Shown here piece by piece: positions 30,416-39,911 of a DNA stretch of 64,000 bases. Origin of the DNA: Pirellulales bacterium (GTDB taxonomy: Bacteria; Planctomycetota; Planctomycetia; Pirellulales; PALSA-1355); contig CAVTBU010000005.1 of the NCBI GenBank assembly GCA_963733035.1, positions 2,624,001 to 2,688,000 of the forward strand, written 5' to 3'. Within the stretch, counting starts at the first letter, position 1, and each line of letters starts with the position of its first letter. The position numbers were made by a program, and so were the translations under genes. The notes under the pieces were generated by a model. That model worked only from the letters and a program-made list of their open reading frames with translations. It did not search any database and was not told the origin of the DNA.

Positions 30416-32581
30416 ATGAAATCCGCCGTCGCCCGACTTTCCCTGCTAACCTTGGTCCTCATGCAGTGGATCACCGGGTTGGCCCACGCTCAAACCGTGT
30501 TCCCGAAGGATGATTGGCAGGTCGACACGCCCGAATCTCAATCGATGTCGGGTGAGAAAGTCGCGCAGGTTGGCGACTGGCTCAAAGCCAACGGAAGCAA
30601 GACGGGCCTGGTCGTGCGTCATGGCCGAATCGTGGGCGAGTGGTACTTCGACGAAGCCAAGCCGGAAAGCAAGTACCTGGTCTATTCGACGACCAAATCC
30701 TTCTCGAGCACGGCTGCCGGGCTGGCCATCGCCGAGGGCAAACTGACGCTCGACAGCAAACTGGGCGAGTTCTTTCCGGCGGCCACGCCCGAATCGAAGC
30801 GCGACATCACCGTCCGGCAACTCTTATCGATGACCTCCGGCGCGCACAGCGACAATGCCCAACTCAATCGCAGCGACTTGCTGAGCTACATCCTGCACGA
30901 TCTGCCGATGGACGCCCCTCCCGGCGAGAAATGGGAGTACAACAACACGGGCTTGCAGCTATTGAGCCCGCTGATCAAGCAGGCCACCGGCCAGACAATT
31001 CCCGAACTGCTCGAAGCCGGCGTGTTCCAGAAGATCGGCATTCCGCGCGAAGATTGGTCCTGGGAAGAACGCAGCGGCGTACCCTTGGCGTACTCTGGCT
31101 TGCACATCACGGCCCGCAGCCTGGCGCGCTACGGCCTGTTGTTTATGAACGGTGGCATGTGGAACAAGCAGAAGGTCGTCAGCGCCGACTGGGTAGCCGA
31201 AGCGACGCGTCCGTCGCAGGAGTTGAACCCACGTTATGGGTTCCTGTGGTGGAATAACACCACGGGTGCCTGGCCGGGCGTACCGCAGGACGCGTATGCC
31301 GCTTTGGGCAAGTTCAGCAACGATATGTTGGTGGTACCGAGCCTCGATTTGATCGTGATTCGACAGGTTGGCGACGACTCGGCGGCGAACCGCCAAGTGA
31401 AGATCGGCGAATTGTTCGCGCTGGCCGCCTCGGCCGTGAACGACGTCAGCCCCTACAACGAAACGCCCGAGACGCCAATCGACATCGAAGTTGAAAAAGT
31501 TTTCACGAAGTTTCGCGTCGAGCGACCGATTCTGGTAACGCACGCCGGCGACGGCAGCAACCGGCTGTTCATACCCTCGCAATTGGGCACGATCTACGTC
31601 CTGCCGAATGATCCCGAAGTTGAGGAGCCGACCGAGTTCCTCGACATATCGGATCGCGTCGTCTACATCGACCGAGAGAATGAAAAAGGCTTCCTGGGCC
31701 TCGCCTTCCATCCCAAGTACAAGGAGAACGGCGAGTTCTTCGTCTATTACACGCCGACCGACACCAAGGCCAATACCATCGCCGTGTCGCGATTCCGCGT
31801 GTCGAAAGACGATCCCAACAAGGCGGATCCAGATTCCGAAGAGCGGATTCTCGAGGTCCAGCATCCGTTCTGGAACCACAAAGGGGGCACGCTGGCCTTT
31901 GGGCCTGACGGCTATCTGTACATTGCAATTGGTGACGGTGGACTGCACGACGATCCTTTCAAGAACGGCCAAAACCTGAAAACCCATCTGGCCAAGATCC
32001 TGAGAATCGACGTCGACCACAAAGACCCGGGCAAGAATTACGCCATCCCCAAGGACAACCCGTTCGTCGACCGCAAAGACGAGGCCTTGCCTGAGATTTA
32101 CGCCTATGGGCTCCGCAATCCCTGGCGGATTTCATTCGACAAGCAAACGGGCACGCTGTGGTGTGCCGACGTCGGGCAGGATCTGTGGGAAGAGATCGAC
32201 CTGATCACAAAGGGGGGCAACTATGGCTGGAACGTCCGCGAGGGCGTCCATAAGTTCGGCCCGAACGGCTCCGAACCGCGCCCCGACCTGATTGAACCGA
32301 TCTGGGACTACCACCACAACATTGGTAAATCGATCACTGGTGGCCACGTGTATCGCGGAAAGAAACTTCCGCAACTCGACGGCTGCTACCTGTATGCCGA
32401 CTATGTGACCGGCAAAGTCTGGGCTCTGAAGTACGACGAAGCCCAAAAGAAAGTCGTGGCAAACTATACGATCCGCGGCAATGTCAGCCCAATCATGTCA
32501 TTTGGCGAGGACGAGCAGGGCGAAGCCTACTACACGACGGACGGCGGTTTGATCTATCGCCTGCGGCAGATTCCCAACTAA
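30416..32581 (+). CDS. Secreted fusion of a beta-lactamase-like serine hydrolase and a PQQ-dependent sugar dehydrogenase (GSDH) domain
   Basis: YSTTKS (SxxK), LLSMTSG and EYNN in the N-half; GFLGLAFHP, NHKGG.L.FGPDG and YGLRNPWR in the C-half. Confidence 0.88.
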   Translation: MKSAVARLSLLTLVLMQWITGLAHAQTVFPKDDWQVDTPESQSMSGEKVAQVGDWLKANGSKTGLVVRHGRIVGEWYFDEAKPESKYLVYSTTKSFSSTAAGLAIAEGKLTLDSKLGEFFPAATPESKRDITVRQLLSMTSGAHSDNAQLNRSDLLSYILHDLPMDAPPGEKWEYNNTGLQLLSPLIKQATGQTIPELLEAGVFQKIGIPREDWSWEERSGVPLAYSGLHITARSLARYGLLFMNGGMWNKQKVVSADWVAEATRPSQELNPRYGFLWWNNTTGAWPGVPQDAYAALGKFSNDMLVVPSLDLIVIRQVGDDSAANRQVKIGELFALAASAVNDVSPYNETPETPIDIEVEKVFTKFRVERPILVTHAGDGSNRLFIPSQLGTIYVLPNDPEVEEPTEFLDISDRVVYIDRENEKGFLGLAFHPKYKENGEFFVYYTPTDTKANTIAVSRFRVSKDDPNKADPDSEERILEVQHPFWNHKGGTLAFGPDGYLYIAIGDGGLHDDPFKNGQNLKTHLAKILRIDVDHKDPGKNYAIPKDNPFVDRKDEALPEIYAYGLRNPWRISFDKQTGTLWCADVGQDLWEEIDLITKGGNYGWNVREGVHKFGPNGSEPRPDLIEPIWDYHHNIGKSITGGHVYRGKKLPQLDGCYLYADYVTGKVWALKYDEAQKKVVANYTIRGNVSPIMSFGEDEQGEAYYTTDGGLIYRLRQIPN

Positions 32582-32666
32582 CGGATGCGGCCGGTAAGAT
32601 AGAGCCGGGGGCAGTTGCGCTGTTGCACATGTCATCGACCCGTGCGCTCACCCGTCCAGATTTCCC

Positions 32667-33716
32667 ATGGCCAGCATTCACGACTTCGACGCAATCGACC
32701 GCTGGCGACGCGAGCAGCGGCTCGATCGCCAACCCTTGCGTCGGTTGCGCACCGCGTTCTACAAGAAGTCGCGCGGCGCCGCCGCGGCTCTCGACGAACT
32801 ACCTGCCGGCCTGCGTGCTGACTTCGCCAACCGCTTCGAGTTTCATCCGCTCAGGCAACAAAGCCGACACGATTCAAAGCTAGACGGCGCCACGAAGCTC
32901 ATTTTTGTCACGGGGCAGGATTCACGACTGGAAAGCGTAATCCTGCGACCCGCGTCGGGACGCACGGCGCTTTGTATTTCGACGCAGGTTGGTTGCGCGG
33001 CCAAGTGCGACTTCTGCGCGACCGGCCGCATGGGCATCGCTCGCAACCTCACGAGCGCGGAGATTCTCGACCAGCTCGTACAAGCCAACGAGCTACTGGC
33101 GGCCGAAGGCCGCTCCGTGCGAAATCTGGTGTTCATGGGCATGGGCGAGCCGCTGCACAACGAGGAGCAACTCCATTCGGCCCTCGAAATGCTCACCGAT
33201 AGCCGCACCTTTGATTTACACCCGAAACGGATCATGATCTCCACGGTTGGGATTCCAGCCGCGATGCTCCGCATGGCGCTGCGCTGGCCCGAGGTGCGGA
33301 TGGCCCTCAGCCTACACAGCGTGCGGCCGGACGTGCGAAGGCAATTGATGCCGATTTCCGAGCGTTATGGATTGACCGAACTGCGCGACGTGCTGGCCGA
33401 ACTCGCGGCGATCCAGAAACAGGCGGTGATGATCGAGTACTTGCTACTAGCCGGCATCACCGATACCGACGACGATTTGCACGCACTCGTCGACTATCTT
33501 CACGGCATCCCAGTGCACATCAACCTGATCCCGTACAATCCAATCGAACAAGCGCCACATCTAAGCGGCAGCTCTCCCGAGCGACGTGTCGAATTCTCGG
33601 CAGCGCTCAAACGGGCGGGCTTTCCTGTCACTACCCGCTATTCGCTGGGGTCCGACGTCGCGGCCGCGTGCGGCCAGCTCGTGCGGACAGAACACCGAAG
33701 GCAGGTGCTGATTTGA
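32667..33716 (+). CDS. rlmN: RlmN-family radical SAM RNA methyltransferase
   Basis: CISTQVGCAAKCDFC, MGMGEP, SLH, EY, NLIPYNP, AACGQL; may be a paralogue. Confidence 0.88.
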   Translation: MASIHDFDAIDRWRREQRLDRQPLRRLRTAFYKKSRGAAAALDELPAGLRADFANRFEFHPLRQQSRHDSKLDGATKLIFVTGQDSRLESVILRPASGRTALCISTQVGCAAKCDFCATGRMGIARNLTSAEILDQLVQANELLAAEGRSVRNLVFMGMGEPLHNEEQLHSALEMLTDSRTFDLHPKRIMISTVGIPAAMLRMALRWPEVRMALSLHSVRPDVRRQLMPISERYGLTELRDVLAELAAIQKQAVMIEYLLLAGITDTDDDLHALVDYLHGIPVHINLIPYNPIEQAPHLSGSSPERRVEFSAALKRAGFPVTTRYSLGSDVAAACGQLVRTEHRRQVLI

Positions 33717-35248
33717 CGACGACTCGCATGCTTCTGCCGCTGGTTGCCGGTTGGATCACCGGCTGCGTGGCGTGCTGGTCGCTTGCATCCGAAGCGCGCT
33801 CGCCAGATAGCGAAATCCTGGTGCTGGCCGCGGCCAGCACGACCGACGCCGTCGAAGAAATCCGTACGGAGTTTGTCCGGCGGAATCCGACGTGGACGGT
33901 GCGCACGAGCTTCGGCGCCAGTTCCGCGCTGGCTCGGCAGATCGTGGCGGGGGCCCAGGCAGACCTATTCTTGACGGCCAGCACCGAGTGGGCGGACCTG
34001 TTGTCGCGCGAAGGACTCGTCGCCAGGCAGCGCGATCTGCTCAGCAATCGATTGGTCGTGATCGTGCCGATCGCGTCCCGGTTGAATATTCGAAAACCCG
34101 ACGATCTGCTGGCAGACGACGTGCAGCGACTGGCACTCGCCGACCCACAGGCGGTTCCGGCCGGCGTGTATGCGCGCGAGGCACTCGAAACGCTTGGTCT
34201 CTGGAAGCAATTGTCACGGCGCGTGGCGGCCGGAGCCAACGTACGGCAGGCCTTGCAATTCGTATCCACGGGCGCGGCGGAGGCCGGCATCGTTTATGCC
34301 AGCGACGCTGCCGCCGATCCGCGGGTACGGGTTGTACTTGAGCTCGATGCGCGGCTATCCGCGCCGATCCGATATCCGGTCGTGTTGCTCAAGCATGCCA
34401 GCGACAATCCGGCCGCCGAAGCGTTTTACGACTTTCTGGCCTCCGCCGACGCAGGCACCATTTTCGAGCGACACGGATTCCTCGCGCCAATTGGCGCACG
34501 CAAAGTACCAAGCGATGCGGCGGCGGATATGGAAACTCCTGCGGTACAGAAGCATTGGTGGTCGTTGACGCGTGACGAATGGCTCGCGCTGGGGCTTAGT
34601 TTTCGCGTGGGGTTGTGTGCCGTTCTCGCAAGCCTCCCACTGGCCACGGCCGTGGGGTACTTTCTCGCCCGCTCAACTGCGCGCGGTAAGTGGCTGCTGG
34701 ATTTGATTGTTAATTTGCCACTCGTGCTGCCGCCAGTCGTCACAGGTTTATTGCTGTTGATCGTATTCGCGCCGGGCGGACCCATCGGAGGGGCGCTGGA
34801 GAATTGGTTCGGCGTGCGGATCGTTTTTACCTGGTTTGGCGCCGCTCTGGCGGCAGCCGTGGTTAGCTTTCCGCTGATGGTGCGGGCAATTCGGCTGGCG
34901 TTTCAGGCTGTCGACCCGCGGCTGGAAATGGCCGCCCGCAGTCTGGGCGCCGGCCGCTGGGATGCCTTCTGGAGCGTGTCATTACCGCTCGCCCGTAGTG
35001 GCGTGCTGGCCGGGTGCGTGTTGGCGTTCGCCCGCAGCCTGGGTGAGTTTGGAGCGACAATCATGGTCGCCGGCAATATTGTCGGACAAACGCAAACGAT
35101 CCCCTTGGCGATTTTCAGTCAGTCAAACCGCCCCGGTGACGAGTTGGCGGTCTGGCGGCTGGTTTGCATTTCAATTGCATTGGCCGCCGCCGCGCTTGCG
35201 GCGAGCGAGTGGCTCGAACGGAGGCACGCCGCGCGTGAATCGGCTTAG
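33713..35248 (+). CDS. modAB: Fused molybdate ABC substrate-binding protein and permease (ModA-ModB)
   Basis: ModA motifs AAAST, FGASSALARQI, VPAG.YA, GIVY.SD; ModB motifs LPLVLPPVV.G, FARSLGEFGAT; one continuous ORF. Confidence 0.85.
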   Translation: MTTTRMLLPLVAGWITGCVACWSLASEARSPDSEILVLAAASTTDAVEEIRTEFVRRNPTWTVRTSFGASSALARQIVAGAQADLFLTASTEWADLLSREGLVARQRDLLSNRLVVIVPIASRLNIRKPDDLLADDVQRLALADPQAVPAGVYAREALETLGLWKQLSRRVAAGANVRQALQFVSTGAAEAGIVYASDAAADPRVRVVLELDARLSAPIRYPVVLLKHASDNPAAEAFYDFLASADAGTIFERHGFLAPIGARKVPSDAAADMETPAVQKHWWSLTRDEWLALGLSFRVGLCAVLASLPLATAVGYFLARSTARGKWLLDLIVNLPLVLPPVVTGLLLLIVFAPGGPIGGALENWFGVRIVFTWFGAALAAAVVSFPLMVRAIRLAFQAVDPRLEMAARSLGAGRWDAFWSVSLPLARSGVLAGCVLAFARSLGEFGATIMVAGNIVGQTQTIPLAIFSQSNRPGDELAVWRLVCISIALAAAALAASEWLERRHAARESA

Positions 35249-35939
35249 CTTTCAGGGCACACATCGTTTTGCCAGCGGGTTCGTGGTGGATGCCACATTT
35301 GACGCCGCGGCACGAGTAACCGCGCTTTTTGGTCCCTCCGGCAGCGGCAAAACCAGCATCCTCTACATGATTGCGGGGCTGCTCAGGCCCGACTCAGGAA
35401 CGATTGCCCTCGGCGAGCAGCTTTGGCATGACTCGAAGCGGGCCATCAATCTCCGTCCCGAGGAGCGTCATGTGGGCTTTGTCTTCCAAGACCATTTGCT
35501 ATTTCCACATTTGAATGTCCGGCAGAACTTGATGTATGGTCGAAGACGACGCAAGGCCGCCAGCAAAATCGAACCCAATCGCGTGATCGAGGTTCTCGAA
35601 TTGGGCGAACTGCTCGACCGCGCGCTGCGCAACCTTTCGGGTGGCGAGAAACAGCGCGTCGCCCTGGGACGTTCTCTGCTGAGCGGGCCCGAGTTGCTAC
35701 TAATGGACGAACCGCTGGCCGCGCTCGACGAGGGTCTCAAGGACCGCGTCCTCGCTTACCTCGAGCGAGTCGTCGACGAATGGCAACTACCGACGATTTA
35801 TGTGAGCCACAGCGCGGCCGAAGTGAGCAGACTGGCGGAATATGTACTCGTGTTGCAATCGGGTCGCGTGATTTCCAGCGGCAAGCCTCAAGACGTGCTG
35901 CCGGCGACTTACTCTTCCTCGACGGAACGAGGCGTTTGA
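35235..35939 (+). CDS. modC: Molybdate ABC transporter ATP-binding protein
   Basis: GPSGSGKT, LSGGEKQR, LLLMDEP; GTG start overlaps modAB. Confidence 0.9.
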   Translation: MNRLSFQGTHRFASGFVVDATFDAAARVTALFGPSGSGKTSILYMIAGLLRPDSGTIALGEQLWHDSKRAINLRPEERHVGFVFQDHLLFPHLNVRQNLMYGRRRRKAASKIEPNRVIEVLELGELLDRALRNLSGGEKQRVALGRSLLSGPELLLMDEPLAALDEGLKDRVLAYLERVVDEWQLPTIYVSHSAAEVSRLAEYVLVLQSGRVISSGKPQDVLPATYSSSTERGV

Positions 35940-37546
35940 TCTGCCGGCGTTGCGGAAGAGTTCTGGGGTGCCGATTTTTGCTCCGGCTGCGGGCGGATAA
36001 AACCCTTCCGCACATGTTCGTCGATGCCGAGCAATTTTGGGTCCTTGGTGTTTTCGCCGACGATGACCGGCAACGGCTGATCGCTAAACCATTCCTTGTA
36101 GGGCAGCTTGCCGGCGGGTGTCGGTTCGGCAAAGAAGCTATTGCCGAAAGAATCCATCCAGAGATCGCTTTCGGGGGAGAGCTTGCCGCCGGTGGTTTCC
36201 AGATGATACTCGATGCCGTACTGCAAGGTGCCATCCAGGTGATCGCCGTGAATTTGACCGGTATAGACATAAATCACACCCTGCCATTCGCTGCCTTTTG
36301 TCGGTTTGCCGAGCGGCGCGTAAGCCACCCAGCGCCACATTGGCTCTAACGTTTCCAGGCGGGTCGGCTCCTGCTCGAGTCGAGATTCCTCGCTTTCCTG
36401 GTGGGTTGTCACCAGCGCAACCGACTCCATTCCCTCGGGCGAAAACAGCAGGTCCGTCGTGCCAGGGGCGCGCTCGATTTCGAAGCGCAGAAAAACGCCG
36501 TCCTCCGGTATCACGTCGCCGACCTTGAGCGGCCGATGTTCTCGGTTGCACAAACTGACACGAAAAATTGACGTCAGATAGTTGCCCCCGTTGAACAGAG
36601 CCTCGTTCCGTTCGCAATTGCCCCGGTAGTAAGTAGCCGAAACATGCTTCGGCCCGTCCATGCGCACGGGCCTGGGCGGCCAACCATAGGCGGAATTGGT
36701 CCAGGGACTAGTGCGCCGACTGTTCTCTTTTTGAAGCTGTGCAATCTGCTTTTCGGCCTGGATGACACGACTCCGGCCTATCGCCGCAAGGATGACAGCC
36801 ACGGCAAGTAAAAGCACCAATAACAACTCACTGGTGCGCACCAGATCGCAAAATCGGCAGAAGGCAGCCAAGCGGCCCGTGGTCCAAGCACGACCGCCAC
36901 GATAGGCCGCGCGCGTTCGCAGCACGACCAGTACCAAAATCAAAAAACCAAGGAATGCCAACAGAAATGGGTACACGTCGTCGTAAACGTCTCGATAGCG
37001 ATCGAACAGCCGACCGAACGATTCTAGCCACCCGGAAAATGGATAAGACGATTCGGCAATCGGCTTGGGCCAGGTCGCGCCTTGCTCCAACCACTGCCGG
37101 ATCGTGTCAATCTCATTCGGTGAAAGCGGTCCGGCATTCTTGGGCATACGGAAGTTTCGGTCGTCCGACGAAACTCGCGCATAGAGTTCGCTGTTTTCGA
37201 GCGTACTGTCCAGAATCGACTTTCCGCTATCACCACCACGCAGCGCGCCCTCGCGAGAATCGAGCCGTAGTCCACCGCTGTGTTTTTCCGCGCTATGGCA
37301 CTTGAGGCAATGCTGCCTCAAAATCAGCTGCACATCCGCAAACGTGACATGCGGAGAATGCTTTGGCACGGATTCTTCGGTTGAATCGAGCCCAGCCCTA
37401 GCCGCCTGATGGTCCCTGTTGGCCGTCCCTTGAATTGTGTCCGTGGTGTTCGTCGTTTGCGCAGCGGCGAGCGCCGCCCAAGCGACGACGCAACATCCCG
37501 CCAGGCGCCCTGCCAGCCCGATGTTTTTCCCTAAGCGCAATTCCAT
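35909..37546 (-). CDS. Planctomycete-type cytochrome c domain membrane protein
   Basis: CLKCH...GGLRLD...MP...W..QGA.W, two TM segments, unrecognised C-terminal domain. Confidence 0.8.
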   Translation of the reverse strand: MELRLGKNIGLAGRLAGCCVVAWAALAAAQTTNTTDTIQGTANRDHQAARAGLDSTEESVPKHSPHVTFADVQLILRQHCLKCHSAEKHSGGLRLDSREGALRGGDSGKSILDSTLENSELYARVSSDDRNFRMPKNAGPLSPNEIDTIRQWLEQGATWPKPIAESSYPFSGWLESFGRLFDRYRDVYDDVYPFLLAFLGFLILVLVVLRTRAAYRGGRAWTTGRLAAFCRFCDLVRTSELLLVLLLAVAVILAAIGRSRVIQAEKQIAQLQKENSRRTSPWTNSAYGWPPRPVRMDGPKHVSATYYRGNCERNEALFNGGNYLTSIFRVSLCNREHRPLKVGDVIPEDGVFLRFEIERAPGTTDLLFSPEGMESVALVTTHQESEESRLEQEPTRLETLEPMWRWVAYAPLGKPTKGSEWQGVIYVYTGQIHGDHLDGTLQYGIEYHLETTGGKLSPESDLWMDSFGNSFFAEPTPAGKLPYKEWFSDQPLPVIVGENTKDPKLLGIDEHVRKGFIRPQPEQKSAPQNSSATPADQTPRSVEEE

Positions 37547-37688
37547 CCTTCCAATATAGGCAGCCGCCGATAACTTGTCGTCAACTTGAGTCGCCCGGCG
37601 GGGAACTTATACTGATCCTCGATTGAGCCGTCCCGCGGACAGCCGCAGGGCCCGTCCCGAATCGTTTGCACACCCCGAGAGGCACGTC

Positions 37689-38123
37689 ATGAAATTGTGG
37701 GCCATTCTGCCGCTGTTGCTCCTGGTTTCGGCCGATCCGGCCGAGGACAAGTCATTTCAAGCGGACCTGGCAACTCTGCAAGGAACCTGGAAACCAATCT
37801 CGATGGAGATGGATGGCAAGTTGCTACCCGACACGCAAATCGGGAAGATCCGTCTTACGATTGCGGGCGAAAAGTTCACCTTCGACAGCGGCAACGACAG
37901 CCACGAAGGACTTTACAAGATCGACCCAGGCAAAGACCCCAAACAACTCAACATCGTTATCACGCGCGGCGACGAGAAGGGGAAAACGTATCTGGTGATC
38001 TACAAATTGGAAGACGGCAAGATGATTCAATGCATGGAGGTATCGAACGCCCAGCGCCCAGCCGAGTTTACCGGCAAGGCCGGCAGCGGCAACTTGTTGG
38101 AGATTTGGGAGCGCGTGAAATAA
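37689..38123 (+). CDS. TIGR03067-type secreted protein
   Basis: Signal peptide, LQGTW, YKIDPGKDPKQL, IYKLEDG, RPAEF. Confidence 0.8.
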   Translation: MKLWAILPLLLLVSADPAEDKSFQADLATLQGTWKPISMEMDGKLLPDTQIGKIRLTIAGEKFTFDSGNDSHEGLYKIDPGKDPKQLNIVITRGDEKGKTYLVIYKLEDGKMIQCMEVSNAQRPAEFTGKAGSGNLLEIWERVK

Positions 38124-38389
38124 CACGGCGCCCGCAAAAACGATTCGCTCCACCCGCTTCGCTCACAGGGTGGCGAGTGCCTGCTTGATGGCACTTCGGT
38201 ATCAAATAGGTTGGCTGGCGTGCGTGCTAGCACAGCATGGTGTGCTGTCGGGCTCTCCTAATTGTATATGACTTAGGTGAACATAAGTTGCTCGATTGCC
38301 CCTACGCGGACGGCAAAGCATTGAAGGCTGCGACTTTGCGGTGCCGCGCACGCGAATTGTGCACCGTCCGTGTGCTAGAATAAATGTAG

Positions 38390-38581
38390 AATGATCAAAC
38401 GATCAGCCGATCAGTAACGTTGTTGGCAGTGGCCTTGCGGGCAGGCTCGCAATCCGGCGAACAGGTCACCACATGCCCCCCTGATTATCACCACGTGCCG
38501 ATGTGGTTACTGAATATATGGTGCGCTTCGGCGCCCATGAGCCGCACAGCGTTGCTGCCCCGCGCCTGTGCGGTTCTTTTT
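38390..38581 (+). ncRNA. Candidate small RNA
   Basis: TGnTAGAAT at 38373-81, long stem 38411-38513, C(UUCG)G hairpin, intrinsic terminator. Confidence 0.4.
38539..38581 (+). terminator. Intrinsic terminator
   Basis: GAGCCGCACAG / CTGTGCGGTTC stem followed by TTTTT. Confidence 0.7.
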
Positions 38582-38611
38582 GCGCTTAGCTGGATTTTTC
38601 GGCCGCCACGG

Positions 38612-39883
38612 CTAGTCGCGAGCGAGTTGCCCCGCCTTGACGATGCCGTTTTGCATCACGGCGACGAACCGGCTGCGGTCCTCTAGCAACGAGATGTCGG
38701 CGGCGACGTCGCCTTCGACGATCAACAGATCCGCCAGCTTGCCGGTCGCCACGGTGCCAAACTCCTCGCCGCGCCCCATAATCTCCGCGCCGGTTTGCGT
38801 CGCACATTGAATCACTTCCAGCGGCGTGAAGCCGACGTGCTGAACGAAGAACGTCAGTTCCTTGGCATACGTGCCGTGCGGATTCCAGGCAAAACCATAG
38901 TCGCCGCCCATGCCGAGCCGCCCGCCCGCGCGAAGAATCATACGCGCGCTCTCGGCTCCGCCGTCGAGCGTTTCTTGATGACCATCGACGACACGCTGCG
39001 ACATGCCGAAGTCCGGACCGTGCACGATGCTCGCATATTCAAATTGTAGGGCCGGAACGACCGGGGTGTCACGTTCGAGCAGCATGTCGAGCGCTTCGGC
39101 ATCCATGAACGTGCCGTGCTCGAGCGTATCGTATCCGGCCCGCAGTGCGTTCTTGATTCCCTCGGTAGCGCGGCAGTGACCGGTCACCTTTAGTTTGTGG
39201 TTGTGGGCCTCGGCCACCACGGCATGCATTTCCTCGAACGTCATGCACAGCGTGTGATGGTCGTTGGTATCGGGCGCTGCCGCGTCTCCAGTGGGATAGG
39301 TTTTCACCCATTCGATGCCGTCCTTGACCAGCTTGCGAACGGCACGACGACCCTCGTCCGGTCCGTTGATCAGCAACACCAGGCCTTCCATGCCGATCTT
39401 GCGGAAATCCGGATTCCAATCCATCAACCCGCCGAGTCCGCAAATCTCCCTGCCACTGGCCGCCAACCGCGGTCCGGGCAGCAGGTCCTCTTCGATGGCC
39501 TTCTTCAACCAGACATCGATGTTGAACAGGCTGCCGCCGCTCCGCGCGGCCGTATAGCCGCACTCAAGCGCGAGCCGGGCGTTGGTGGCCGCCAACAGCG
39601 TGACGTACTCCACCGGGTACTTGATATCGAGGTCTTCCAGATTCGCCACGTCGAAGTACGTCGGATGGAAATGTGCCTCGACAAGTCCCGGCATGATCGT
39701 GCCGCCGCGGGCATCGATCCGCTTCGCGTCCGGCGGAACATCTGGAATGCCGCGCGCGGAACCGGCGTAGGAAATCGTGCCGTCGCGAATGACTACCGCC
39801 GCGTCGGGTACGGGTGCCGCACCCGTGCCGTCCACGAGTTGACCGTTCTGAATGATCACGGTTTCTTGCGCGGTCTTCATCAT
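38612..39883 (-). CDS. Metal-dependent amidohydrolase (prolidase-like)
   Basis: IMPGLVEAHFH, H...EG, EHG, GGD.G, GKLADL. Confidence 0.88.
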   Translation of the reverse strand: MMKTAQETVIIQNGQLVDGTGAAPVPDAAVVIRDGTISYAGSARGIPDVPPDAKRIDARGGTIMPGLVEAHFHPTYFDVANLEDLDIKYPVEYVTLLAATNARLALECGYTAARSGGSLFNIDVWLKKAIEEDLLPGPRLAASGREICGLGGLMDWNPDFRKIGMEGLVLLINGPDEGRRAVRKLVKDGIEWVKTYPTGDAAAPDTNDHHTLCMTFEEMHAVVAEAHNHKLKVTGHCRATEGIKNALRAGYDTLEHGTFMDAEALDMLLERDTPVVPALQFEYASIVHGPDFGMSQRVVDGHQETLDGGAESARMILRAGGRLGMGGDYGFAWNPHGTYAKELTFFVQHVGFTPLEVIQCATQTGAEIMGRGEEFGTVATGKLADLLIVEGDVAADISLLEDRSRFVAVMQNGIVKAGQLARD

Positions 39884-39911
39884 CTGCGAACCTTATGCCG
39901 TTCCGTCGCAC

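Noticed and set aside
38308..38345. GGCAAA...GAAG...GAC resembling a c-di-GMP-I riboswitch
   Set aside because: The GACGCAAA junction and second stem are missing.
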